Shown: piece after piece, positions 39,072-51,702 of the stretch
Layout of the letters: each line of letters starts with the position of its first letter
Numbering within the stretch: the first letter of the stretch is position 1
Assembly (NCBI RefSeq): GCF_009914755.1
Contig: NC_060944.1
Length of the DNA stretch: 64,000 nt
Reading direction: 5' to 3' (one strand)
Source of the DNA: the human T2T-CHM13v2.0 reference genome, Homo sapiens
The notes under the pieces: generated by a model
Told to the model about the DNA's origin: nothing
The model's database searches: none
The model's input: the letters and a program-made list of their open reading frames with translations, nothing else
Program-made: the position numbers and the translations under genes

Positions 39072-40947
39072 AAGCATCCTCAGAAACTGCTTTGTGATAT
39101 GTGTAGTCAACTCACGGAGTTGAAACTTTGTTTTGATGCAGCAGTATTGAGACAGTCTTTTGTTAGAATCTTCAAGTGGATATTTGGATAGCTTTGAGGC
39201 TTTCATTGGAAACGGGAATATCTACACATAAGAACTAGACAGAAGCATTCTCAGAAAGTTCTTTATGAAGTTCGCATTCAACTCACAGAGTTGTACCTTC
39301 CTTTTCACACAGCAGTTTTGAGACATTCTTTTTGTAGATTCTGCAAGTGGACATTTGGAGTGATTTGAGACATAGGGTGAAAAAGGAATATCTTCTCATA
39401 AAAAGTAGACAGAAGCATTCTCAGAAACGAGTTTCTGATTTGTGTACTCAACTCACAGAGTTAAACCTTTCCTATGATACAGCAGTTTGGAAACACACTT
39501 CTTGTAGAATTTACAGGCGGATATAAGGACAGCAGTGAGGATTTCATCGGAAACGGAATATCTTCACATAAAAGTAGACAGAAGCATTCTCAGAAAGTTC
39601 TTTGTAATGTGTGCATTCAACTCACAGAGTTGAAAGTTTCTTTTGATAGAGGAGATTGGAAGCCCTGTTTTTGTAGAATTTGCAAGTGGATATCTGGACA
39701 GCTTTGAGGCCTTCCCTGGAAACGAGTGTATCTTCACATAAACACTAGACAGAAGCATCCTCAGAAACTTGTTGGTGATGCTTGCATTCAACTCACAGAA
39801 TTGAACATTTCTTTTCCTAGAGCAGTTTTGAAACACTCTTTTTGTAGTACCTGGAAGTGGACCTTTGGAGCACTTTGAGCCCTAGGGTGAAAAAGGGAAT
39901 ATTTTCAGATAAAAACTAGACAGAAGCATTCTCTGAAACTTATTTGTGATGTGTGTGCTCAACTCACAGAGTTGAACTTTTCTTCTCATAGATCAGATTT
40001 GAAATCCTCTTTTTGTAGACTCTGCAAGTGCATATTTGGATAGCTTTGAGGATTTCATTGGAAACGGGAATATCTTCCCATAAAAACTAGAAAGAAGCAT
40101 TCTTAGAAAGTTCTTTGTGATGCTTGCATTCAACTCACAGAGTTGAACATTCCCTTTCATACAGCAGTTTTGAAACACTCTTTTTGTAGTATCTGGAAGT
40201 GGACTTTTGGAGTGCTCTGAGGCCTAGGGTGAAAAAGGAAATATCCTCACCTAAAAAGTAGACAGAAGCATTCTCAGAAACTTCTTTGTGATGTGTGTAG
40301 TCAACTCACATAGTTGAACCTTTCTTTTAATACAGCAGTTTTCAAAAACTCTTTTTATAGAATCTGCAAGTGGTTATTTTGATAGCTTTGAGGCTTTCAT
40401 TGGAAACGGGAATACCTTCACATAAAAACTAGACAGAAGCATTCTCAGAAACTTCTTTATGAAGTTTGCATTCAACTCACAGAGTTGAACTTTCCGTTCC
40501 TTACAGCAGTTTTGAAACTCTCTTTTTCTAGAATCTGTAAGTGGAAACTTGCAGCGCTTCGAGGCCTATGGTGAAAAAGGGAATATCTTACCATAAAAAG
40601 TAGACAGAAGAATTCTCAGTAACTACTTTGTGATGTGTGTACTCAACTCACAGAGTTGAACTTTTCTTTTGAAAGAGAAGTTTTGAAACACTCTTTTTGT
40701 AGAATCTGCAAATGGATATTTAGCCTACTTTGAGGCCTTCATTGGAAACGGGAATATCTTCACATAAAACTAGACAGAAGCATTCTCAGAAACTTCGTTG
40801 TGATGTGTGCATTCAACTCCCAGAGTTGAACCTCTCTTTTGATAGAGCAGTTCTGAAACAATCATTTTGTGGTATCTGGAATGGACGTTTGGAGCGATTC
40901 GGGGCCTATGGTGAAAAAGGCAATATCTTCACCTAAAAACTAGACAG

Positions 40948-43900
40948 AAGCATTCTCAGAAACTGCTTTGTGATATGTGTAGTCAACTCACGGAGTTGAA
41001 ACTTGGTTTTGATGCAGCAGTTTTGAAACACTCTTTTTGTTAGAATCTTCAAGTGGATATTTGGATAGCTTTGAGGCTTTCATTGGAAACGGGAATATCT
41101 ACACATAAGAACTAGACAGAAGAATTCTCAGAAAGTTCTTTATGAAGTTTGCATTCAACTCACAGAGTTGTACCTTCCTTTTCACACAGCAGTTTTGAGA
41201 CATTCTTTTTGTAGAATCTGCAAGTGGACATTTGGAGTGATTTGAGACATAGTGTGAAAAAGGAATATCTTCCCATAAAAAGTAGACAGAAGCATTCTCA
41301 GAAACGACTTTCTGATTTGTGTACTCAACTCACAGAGTTAACCCTTTCCTTTGATACAGCAGTTTGGAAACACTCTTCTTTTAGAATTTACAAGCCGATA
41401 TAAGGACAGCAGTGAGGATTTCATCGGAAACGGAATATCTTCACATAAAAGTAGACAGAAGCATTCTCAGAAAGTTCTTTGTAATGTGTGCATTCAACTC
41501 ACAGAGTTGAAACTTTCTTTTGATAGAGCAGATAGCAAGCCCTCTTTTTGTAGAATTTGCAAGTGGATATCTGGACAGCTTTGTGGCCTTCCATGGAAAC
41601 GAGTGTATCTTCACATAAACACTAGACAGAAGCATCCTCAGAAACTTGTTGGTGATGCTTGCATTCAACTCACAGAATTGAACATTTCTTTTCCTAGAGC
41701 AGTTTTGAAACACTCTTTTTGTAGTATCTGGAAGTGGACATTTGGAGCACTTTGAGGCCTAGGGTGAAAAAGGAAATATCTTCACATAAAAACTAGACAG
41801 AAGCATTCTCTGAAACTTCTTTGTGATGTGTGTATTCAACTCACAGAGTTGAACTTATCTTCTCATAGATCAGATTTGAAACCCTCTTTTTGTAGAGTCT
41901 GCAAGTGCATATTTGGATAGCTTTGCGGATTTCATTGGAATCGGGAATATCTTCCCATAAAAACTAGAAGGAAGCATTCTCAGAAATTTCTTTGTGATGC
42001 TTGCATTCAACTCACAGAGTTGAACATTCCCTTTCATACAGCAGTTTGGAAATACTCTTTTTGTAGTATCTGGAAGTGGACCTTCGGAGCGCTTTGAGGC
42101 TTAGGGTGAAAAAGGAAATATCCTCACCTAAAAACTAGACAGAAGCATTCTCAGAAACTTCTTTGTGATGTGTGTAGTCAACTCACAGTGTTGAACCTTT
42201 CTTTTGATACAGCAGTTTTGAAACACTCTTTTTGTAGAATCTGCAAGTGGTTATTTTGATAGCTTTAAGGCTCTCATTGGAAACCGGAATATCTTCACAT
42301 AAAAACTAGACAGAAGCATTCTCAGAAACTTCTTTATGAAGTTTGCATTCAATACACAGAGTTGAACATTCCGTTCCATACAGCAGTTTTGAAACTCTCT
42401 TTTTCTAGAATCTGTAAGTGGAAACTTGGAGCACTTCGAGGCCTATGGTGAAAAAGGGAATATCTTCCCCTAAAAAGTAGACAGAAGAATTCTCAGTAAC
42501 TACTTTGTGATGTGTGTACTCAAGTCACAGAGTTGAACTTTTCTTCTCATAGATCAGATTTGAAACCCTCTTTTAGTAGAGAATGCAAGTGCATATTTGG
42601 ATAGCTTTGAGGATTTCATTGGAAACGGGAATATCTTCCCATAAAAACTAGAAAGAAGGATTCTCAGAAACTTCTTTGTGATGCTTGCATTCAACTCACA
42701 GAGTTGAACATTCCCGTTCATACCGCAGTTTGGAAACACTCTTTTTGTAGTATCTGGAAGTGGACCTTTGGAGCGCTTTGAGGCCTAGGGTGAAAAAGGA
42801 AATACCCTCACCTAAAAAGTAGACCGAAGAATTCTCAGAAATTTCTTTGTGATGTGTGTGGTCAACTCACAGAGTTGAACCTTTCTTTTGATACAGCAGT
42901 TTTGAAACACTCTTTTTATAGAATCTGCAAGTGGTTATTTTGATAGCTTTGAGGCTTTCATTGGAAACGGGAATATGTTCACATAAAAACTAGACAGAAG
43001 CATTCTCAGAAACTTCTTTATGAAGTTTGCATTCAACTCACAGAGTTGAACTTTCCATTCCATACAGTAGTTTTGAAACTCTCTTTTTCTAGAATCTGTA
43101 AGTGGAAACTTGGAGCGCTTCGAGGCCTATGGTGAAAAAGGGAATATCTTCCCATAAAAAGTACACAGAAGAATGCTCAGTAACTACTTTGTGATGTGTG
43201 TACTCAACTCACAGAGTTGAACTTTTCTTTTGAAAGAGAAGTTTTGAAACACTCTTTTTGTAGAATCTGCAAATGGGTATTTAGCCTGCTTTGAGGCCTT
43301 CATTGGAAACGGGAATATCTTCACATAAACCTAGACAGAAGCATTCTCAGAAACTTCGTTGTGATGTGTGCATTCAACTCCCAGAGTTGAACCTCTCTTT
43401 TGATAGAGCAGTTCTGAAACAATCTTTTTGTGGTAACTGGAAGTGGACGTTTGGAGCGATTCGAGGCCTATGATGAAAAAGGAAATATCTTCTCCTAAAA
43501 ACTAGACAGAAGCATTCTCAGAAACTTCTTTATGAAGTTTGCATTCAATACACAGAGTTGAACATTCCGTTCCATACAGCAGTTTTGAAACTCTCTTTTT
43601 CTAGAATCTGTAAGTGGAAACTTGGAGCACTTCGAGGCCTATGGTGAAAAAGGGAATATCTTCCCCTAAAAAGTAGACAGAAGAATTCTCAGTAACTACT
43701 TTGTGATGTGTGTACTCAAGTCACAGAGTTGAACTTTTCTTCTCATAGATCAGATTTGAAACCCTCTTTTTGTAGAGTCTGCAAATGCATATTTGGATAG
43801 CTTTGAGGATTTCATTGGAATCGGGAATATCTTCCCATACAAACTAGAAAGAAGCATTCTCAGAAACTTCTTTGTGATGCTTGCATTCAACTCACAGAGT

Positions 43901-44704
43901 TGAACATTCCCTTTCATACAGCAGTTTGGAAACCCGCTTTGCGTAGTATCTGGAAGTGGACCTTTGGAGCGCTCTGAGGTCTGGGGTGAAAAAGGAAATA
44001 TCCTCACCTAAAAACGAGACAGAATCATTCTCAGAAACTTCTTTGTGATGTGTGTAGTCAACTCACAGAGTTGAACCTTTCTTTTGATACAGCAGTTTTG
44101 AAACACTCTTTTTGTATAATCTGCAAGTGGTTATTTTGATAGCTTTGAGTCTTTATTGGAAACGGGAATATCTTCACATAAAAACTAGACAGAAGCATTC
44201 TCAGAAACTTCTTTATGACGTTTGCATTCAACTCACAGAGTTGAACTTTCCGTTCCATACAGCAGTTTTGAAACTCTCTTTTTCTAGAATCTGTAAGTGG
44301 CAACTTGGAGCGCTTCGAGGCCTATGGTGAAAAAGGTAATATCTTCCCATAAAAAGTAGACAGAAGAATTCTCAGTAACTACTTTGTGATGTGTGTACTC
44401 AACTCACAGAGTTGAACTTTTCTTTTGAAAGAGAAGTTTTGAAACACTCTTTTTGTAGAATCTGCAAATGGGTATTTAGCCTGCTTTGAGGCCTTCATTG
44501 GAAACGGGAATATCTTCACATAAAACTAGACAGAAGCATTCTCAGAAACTTCGTTGTGATTTGTGCATTGAACTCCCAGAGTTGAACCTCCCTTTTGATA
44601 GAGCAGTTCTGAAACAATCTTTTTGTGGTATCTGGAAGTGGACGTTTGGAGCGATTCGAGGCCTATGGTGAAAAAGGCAATATCTTCACCTAAAAACTAG
44701 ACAG
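40948..44704 (+). repeat. 22-monomer compound variant: m1-9, m10/6, m7-11, m9, m10/6, m7-11 (3757 bp)
   Basis: Hybrid m10/m6 monomers at ~42484 and ~43681, and an m11-to-m9 jump at ~43510. There is no m1-m5 (no 'MIQQF' ORF) between 41351 and 45108. Confidence 0.9.
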
Positions 44705-47700
44705 AACCATTCTCAGAAACTGCTTTGTGATATGTGTAGTCAACTCACGGAGTTGAAACTTTGTTTTGATGCAGCAGTTTTGAAACACTCTTTTTGTTAG
44801 AATCTTCAAGTGGATATTTGGATAGCTTTGAGGCTTTCATTGGAAACGGGAATATCTACACATAAGAACTAGACAGAAGCATTCTCAGAAAGTTCTTTAT
44901 GAAGTTCGCATTCAACTCACAGAGTTGTACCTTCCTTTTCACACAGCAGTTTTGAGACATTCTTTTTGAAGAATCTGCCAGTGGACATTTGGAGTGATTT
45001 GAGACATAGGGTGAAAAAGGAATATCTTCCCATAAAAAGTAGACAGAAGCATTCTCAGAAACGACTTTCTGATTTGTGTACTCAACTCACAGAGTTAAAC
45101 CTTTCCTTTGATACAGCAGTTTGGAAACACTCTTCTTGTAGAATTTGCAAGCGGATATAAGGACAGCAGTGAGGATTTCATCGGAAACGGAATATCTTCA
45201 CATAAAAGTAGACAGAAGCATTCTCAGAAAGTTCTTTGTAATGTGTGCATTCAACTCACAGAGTTGAAACTTTCTTTTGATAGAGCAGATTGGAATCCCT
45301 CTTTTTGTAGAATTTGCAAGTGGATATCTGGACAGCTTTGAGGCCTTCCCTGGAAACGAGTGTATCTTCACAAAAACACTAGACAGAAGCATCCTCAGAA
45401 ACTTATTGGTGATGCTTGCATTCAACTCACAGAATTGAACATTTCTTTTCCTAGAGCAGTTTTGAAACACTGTTTTCGTAGTATCTGGAAGTGGACATTT
45501 GGAGCACTTTGAGGCCTAGGGTGAAAAAGGAAATATCTTCACATAAAAACTAGACAGAAGCATTCTCTGAAACTTCTTTGTGATGTGTGTATTCAACTCA
45601 CAGAGTTGAACTTATCTTCTCATAGATCAGATTTGAAACCCTCTTTTTGTAGTGTCTGCAAGTGCATATTTGGATAGCTTTGAGGATTTCATTGGAATCG
45701 GGAATATCTTCCCATACAAACTAGAAAGAAGCATTCTCAGAAATTTCTTTGTGATGCTTGCATTCAACTCACAGAGTTGAACAGTCCCTTTCATACAGCA
45801 GTTTGGAAACACTCTTTTTGTAGTATCTGGAAGTGGACATTTGGAGCGCTTTGAGGCCTAGGGTGAAAAAGTAAATATCCTCACCTAAGAACTAGACAGA
45901 AGCATTCTCAAAAACACCTTTGTGATGTGTGTAGTCAACTCACAGAGTTGAACCTTTCTTTTGACACAGCAGTTTTGAAACAGTCTTTTTGTAGAATCTG
46001 CAAGTGGTTATTTTGATAGCTTTGAGGCTTTCATTGGAAACGGGAATATCTTCACATAAAAACTAGACAGAAGCATTTTCAGAAACTTCTTTATGAAGTT
46101 TGCATTCAACTCACAGAGTTGAACTTTCCGTTCCATACAGCAGTTTTGAAACTCTCTTTTTCTAGAATGTGTAAGTGGAAACTTGGAGAGCTTCGAGGCC
46201 TATGGTGAAAAAGGGAATATCTTCCCATAAAAAGTAGACAGAAGAATTCTCAGTAACTACTTTGTGATGTGTGTACTCAACTCACAGAGTTGAACTTTTC
46301 TTTTGTAAGAGAAGTTTTGAAACACTCTTTTTGTAGAATCTGCAAATGGGTATTTAGCCTGCTTTGAGGCCTTCATTGGAAACGGGAATATCTTCACATA
46401 AAACTAGACAGAAGCATTCTCAGAAACTTCGTTGTGATGTGTGTATTCAACTCCCAGAGTTGAACCTCTCTTTTGATAGAGCAGTTCTGAAACAATCATT
46501 TTGTGGTATCTGGAAGTGGACGTTTGGAGCGATTCGAGGCCTATGGTGAAAAAGGCAATATCTTCACCTAAAAACTAGACAGAACCATTCTCAGAAACTG
46601 CTTTGTGATATGTGTAGTCAACTCACGGGGTTGAAACTTGGTTTTGATGCAGCAGTTTTGAAACACTCTTTTTGTTAGAACCTTCAAGTGGATATTTGGA
46701 TAGCTTTGAGGCTTTCATTGGAAACGGGAATATCTACACATAAGAACTAGACAGAAGCATTCTCAGAAAGTTCTTTATGAAGTTCGCATTCAACTCACAA
46801 AGTTGTACCTTCCTTTTCACACAGTAGTTTTGAGACATTCTTTTTGTAGAATCTGCAAGTGGACATTTGGAGTGATTTGAGACATAGGGTGAAAAAGGAA
46901 TATCTTCCCATAAAAAGTAGACAGAAGCATTCTCAGAAACGACTTTCTGATTTGTTTACTCAACTCACAGAGTTAAACCTTTCCTTTGATACAGCAGTTT
47001 GGAAACACTATTCTTATAGAATTTACGAGCGGATATAAGGACAGCAGTGAGGATTTCATCGGAAACGGAATATCTTCACATAAAAGTAGACAGAAGCATT
47101 CTCAGAAAGTTCTTTGTAATGTGTGCATTCAACTCACAGAGTTGAAACTTTCTTTTGATAGAGCAGATTGGAATCCCTCTTTTTGTAGAATTTGCAAGTG
47201 GATATCTGGACAGCTTTGAGGCCTTCCCTGGAAACGAGTGTATCTTCACATAAACACTAGACAGAAGCATCCTCAGAAACTTGTTGGTGATGCTTGCATT
47301 CAACTCACAGAATTGAACATTTCTTTTCCTAGAGCAGTTTTGAAACACTGTTTTTGTAGTATCTGGAAGTGGACATTTGGAACACTTTGAGGTCTAGGGT
47401 GAAAAAGGAAATAGCTTCACATAAAAACTAGACAGAAGCATTCTCTGAAACTTCTTTGTGATGTGTGTACTCAACTCACAGAGTTGAACTTTTCTCTCAT
47501 AGATCATATTTGAAACTCTCTTTTTGTAGAGTCTGCAAGTGCATATTTGGATAGCTTTGAGGATTTCATTGGAATCGGGAATATCTTCCCATAAAAACTA
47601 GAAAGAAGCATTCTCAGAAATTTCTTTGTGATGTTTGCATTCAACTCACAGAGTTGAACATTCCCTTTCATACAGCAGTTTGGAAACACTCTTTTTGTAG

Positions 47701-50337
47701 TATCTGGAAGTGGACCTTTGGAGCGCTTTGAGGCCTAGGGTGAAAAAGGAAATATCCTCACCTAAAAACTAGACAGAATCATTCTCAGAAACTTCTTTGT
47801 GATGTGTGTAGTCAACTCACAGAGTTGAACCTTTCTTTTGATACAGCAGTTTTGAAACACTCTTTTTGTAGAATCTGCAAGTGGTTATTTTGATAGTTTT
47901 GAGGCTTTCATTGGAAACGGGAATATCTTCACATAAAAACTAGACAGAAGCATTCTCAGAAACGTCTTTATGAAGTTTGCATTCAACTCACAGAGTTGAA
48001 CTTTCCGTTCCATACAGCAGTTTTGAAACTCTCTTTTTCTAGAATCTTTAAGTGGAAACTTGGAGCGCTTCGAGGCCTATGGTGAAAAAGAGAATATCTT
48101 CCCATAAAAAGTAGACAGAAGAATTCTCAGTAACTACTTTGTGATGTGTGTACTCAACTCACAGAGTTGAACTTTTCTTTTGAAAGAGAAGTTTTGAAAC
48201 ACTCTTTTTGTAGAATCTGCAAATCGGTATGTAGCCTGCTTTGAGGCCTTCATTGGAAACGGGAATATCTTCACATAAAACTAGACAGAAGCATTCTCAG
48301 AAACTTCGTTGTGATGTGTGCATTCAACTCCCAGAGTTGAACCTCTCTTTTGATAGAGCAGTTCTGAAATAATCTTCTTGTGGTATCTGGAAGCGGACGT
48401 TTGGAGCGATTCGAGGCCTACGGTGAAAAGGGCAATATCTTCACCTAAAAACTAGACAGAAGCATTCTCAGAAACTGCTTTGTGATATGTGTAGTCAACT
48501 CACGGAGTTGAAATTTGTTTTGATGCAGCAGTTTTGAAACACTCTTTTTTGTTAAAATCTTCAAGTGGATATTTGGATAGCTTTGAGGCTTTCATTGGAA
48601 ACCGGAATATCTACACATAAGAACTAGACAGAAGCATTCTCAGAAAGTTCTTTATGAAGTTCACATTCAACTCACAGAGTTGTACCTTCCTTTTCACACA
48701 GTAGTTTTGAGACATTCTTTTTGTAGAATCTGCAAGTGGACATTTGGAGTGATTTGAGACATAGGGTGAAAAAGGAATATCTTCCCATAAAAAGTAGACA
48801 GAAGCATTCTCAGAAACGACTTTCTGATTTGTGTACTCAACTCACAGAGTTAAACCTTTCCTTTGATACAGCAGTTCGGAAACACTCTTCTTGTAGAATT
48901 TACGAGCGGATATAAGGACAGCAGTGAGGATTTCATCGGAAACGGAATATCTTCACATAAAAGTAGACAGAAGCATTCTCAGAAAGTACTTTGTAATGTG
49001 TGCATTCAACTCACAGAGTTGAAACTTTCTTTTGATAGAGCAGATTGGAATCCCTCTTTTTGTAGAATTTGCAAGTGGATATCTGGACAGCTTTGAGGCC
49101 TTCCCTGGAAACGAGTGTATCTTCACATAAACACTAGACAGAAGCATCCTCAGAAACTTGTTGGTGATGCTTGCATTCAACTCACAGAATTGAACATTTC
49201 TTTTCCTAGAGCAGTTTTGAAACACTGTTTTTGTAGTATCTGGAAGTGGACATTTGGAGCACTTTGAGGTCTAGGGTGAAAAAGGAAATAGCTTCACATA
49301 AAAACTAGACAGAAGCATTCTCTGAAACTTCTTTGTGATGTGTGTACTCAACTCACAGAGTTGAACTTTTCTTCTCATAGATCAGATTTGAAACCCTCTT
49401 TTTGTAGAGTCTGAAAGTGCATACTTGGATAGCTTTGAGGATTTCTTTGGAATCGGGAATATCTTCCCATAAAAACTAGAAAGAAGCATTCTCAGAAATT
49501 TCTTTGTGATGTTTGCATTCAACTCATAGAGTTGAACATTCCCTTTCATACAGCAGTTTGGAAACACTCTTTTTGTAGTATCTGGAAGTGGACCTTTGGA
49601 GCGCTTTGAGGCCTAGGGTGAAAAAGGAAATATCCTCACCTAAAAACTAGACAGAATCATTCTCAGAAACTTCTTTGTGATGTGTGTAGTCAACTCACAG
49701 AGTTGAATCTTTCTTTTGATACAGCAGTTTTGAAACACTCTTTTTGTAGAATCTGCAAGTGGTTATTTTGATAGCTTTGAGGCTTTCATTGGAAACGGGA
49801 ATATCTTCACATAAAAACTAGACAGAAGCATTCTCAGAAACTTCTTTATGACGTTTGCATTCAACTCACACAGTTGAACTTTCCGTTCCATACAGCAGTT
49901 TTGAAACTCTCTTTTTCTAGAATCTGTAAGTGACAACTTGGAGCGCATCGAGGCCTATGGTGAAAAAGGGAATATCTTCCCATAAAAAGTAGACAGAAGA
50001 ATTCTCAGTAACTACTTTGTGATGTGTGTACTCAACTCACAGAGTTGAACTTTTCTTTTGAAAGAGAAGTTTTGAAACACTCTTTTTGTAGAATCTGCAA
50101 ATGGGTATTTAGCCTGCTTTGAGGCCTTCATTGGAAACGGGAATATCTTCACATAAAACTAGACAGAAGCATTCTCAGAAACTTCGTTGTGATTTGTGCA
50201 TTGAACTCCCAGAGTTGAACCTCTCTTTTGATAGAGCAGTTCTGAAACAATCTTTTTGTGGTATCTGGAAGTGGACGTTTGGAGCGATTCGAGGCCTATG
50301 GTGAAAAAGGCAATATCTTCACCTAAAAACTAGACAG

Positions 50338-51702
50338 AACCATTCTCAGAAACTGCTTTGTGATATGTGTAGTCAACTCACGGAGTTGAAACTTTGTTTT
50401 GATGCAGCAGTTTTGAAACACTCTTTTTGTTAGAATCTTCAAGTGGATATTTGGATAGCTTTGAGGCTTTCATTGGAAACGGGAATATCTACACATAAGA
50501 ACTAGACAGAAGCATTCTCAGAAAGTTCTTTATGAAGTTCGCATTCAACTCACAGAGTTGTACCTTCGTTTTCACACAGTAGTTTTGAGACATTCTTTTT
50601 GAAGAATCTGCCAGTGGACATTTGGAGTGATTTGAGACATAGGGTGAAAAAGGAATATCTTCCCATAAAAAGTAGACAGAAGCATTCTCAGAAAAGACTT
50701 TCTGATTTGTGTACTCAACTCACAGAGTTAAACCTTTCCTTTGATACAGCAGTTTGGAAACACTCTTCTTGTAGAATTTACAAGCGGATATAAGGACAGC
50801 AGTGAGGATTTCATCGGAAACGGAATATCTTCACATAAAAGTAGACAGAAGCATTCTCAGAAAGTTCTGTCTAATGTGTGCATTCAACTCACAGAGCTGA
50901 AACTTTCTTTTGATAGAGCAGATTGGAATCCCTCTTTTTGTAGAATTTGCAAGTGGATATCTGGACAGCTTTGAGGCCTTCCCTGGAAACGAGTGTATCT
51001 TCACATAAACACTAGACAGAAGCATCCTCAGAAACTTGTTGGTGATGCTTGCATTCAACTCACAGAATTGAACATTTCTTTTCCTAGAGCAGTTTTGAAA
51101 CACTCTTTTTGTAGTATCTGGAAGTGGACATTTGGAGCACTTTGAGGCCTAGGGTGAAAAAGAATATAGCTTCACATAAAAACTAGACAGAAGCATTCTC
51201 AGAAACTTCTTTATGAAGTTTGCATTCAACTCACAGAGTTGAACTTTCCGTTCCATACAGCAGTTTTGAAACTCTCTTTTTCTAGAATATTTAAGTGGAA
51301 ACTTGGAGCGCTTCGAGGCCTATGGTGAAAAAGGGAATATCTTCCCATAAAAAGTAGACAGAAGAATGCTCAGTAACTACATTGTGATGTGTGTAATCAA
51401 CTCACAGAGTGGAACTTTTCTTTTGAAAGAGAAGATTTGAAACACTCTTTTTGTAGAATCTGCAAATGGATATTTAGCCTGCCTTGAGGCCTTCATTGGA
51501 AACGGGAATATCTTCACATAAAACTAGACAGAAGCATTCTCAGAAACTTCGTTGTGATGTGTGCATTCAACTCCCAGAGTTGAACCTCTCTTTTGATAGA
51601 GCAGTTCTGAAACAATCTTTTTGTGGTATCTGGAAGTGGACGTTTGGAGCGATTCGAGTCCTATGGTGAAAAAGGCAGTATCTTCACCTAAAAACTAGAC
51701 AG
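50338..51702 (+). repeat. 8-mer HOR structural variant (m6-m8 deleted), 1365 bp
   Basis: The m5 tail (GAGCACTTTGAGGCCTAGGGTG...ATAGCTTCAC) is followed at 51191 by m9 (CAGAAACTTCTTTATGAAGTTTGC). ORF spacing 50741 to 52105 = 1364. Confidence 0.94.

Noticed and set aside
41351-41755. Longest ORF (134 aa)
   Set aside because: It arises from a single TGA>TGT substitution (~41584) reading through into the next monomer. The 171-bp monomer is a multiple of 3, so such read-throughs are expected by chance.
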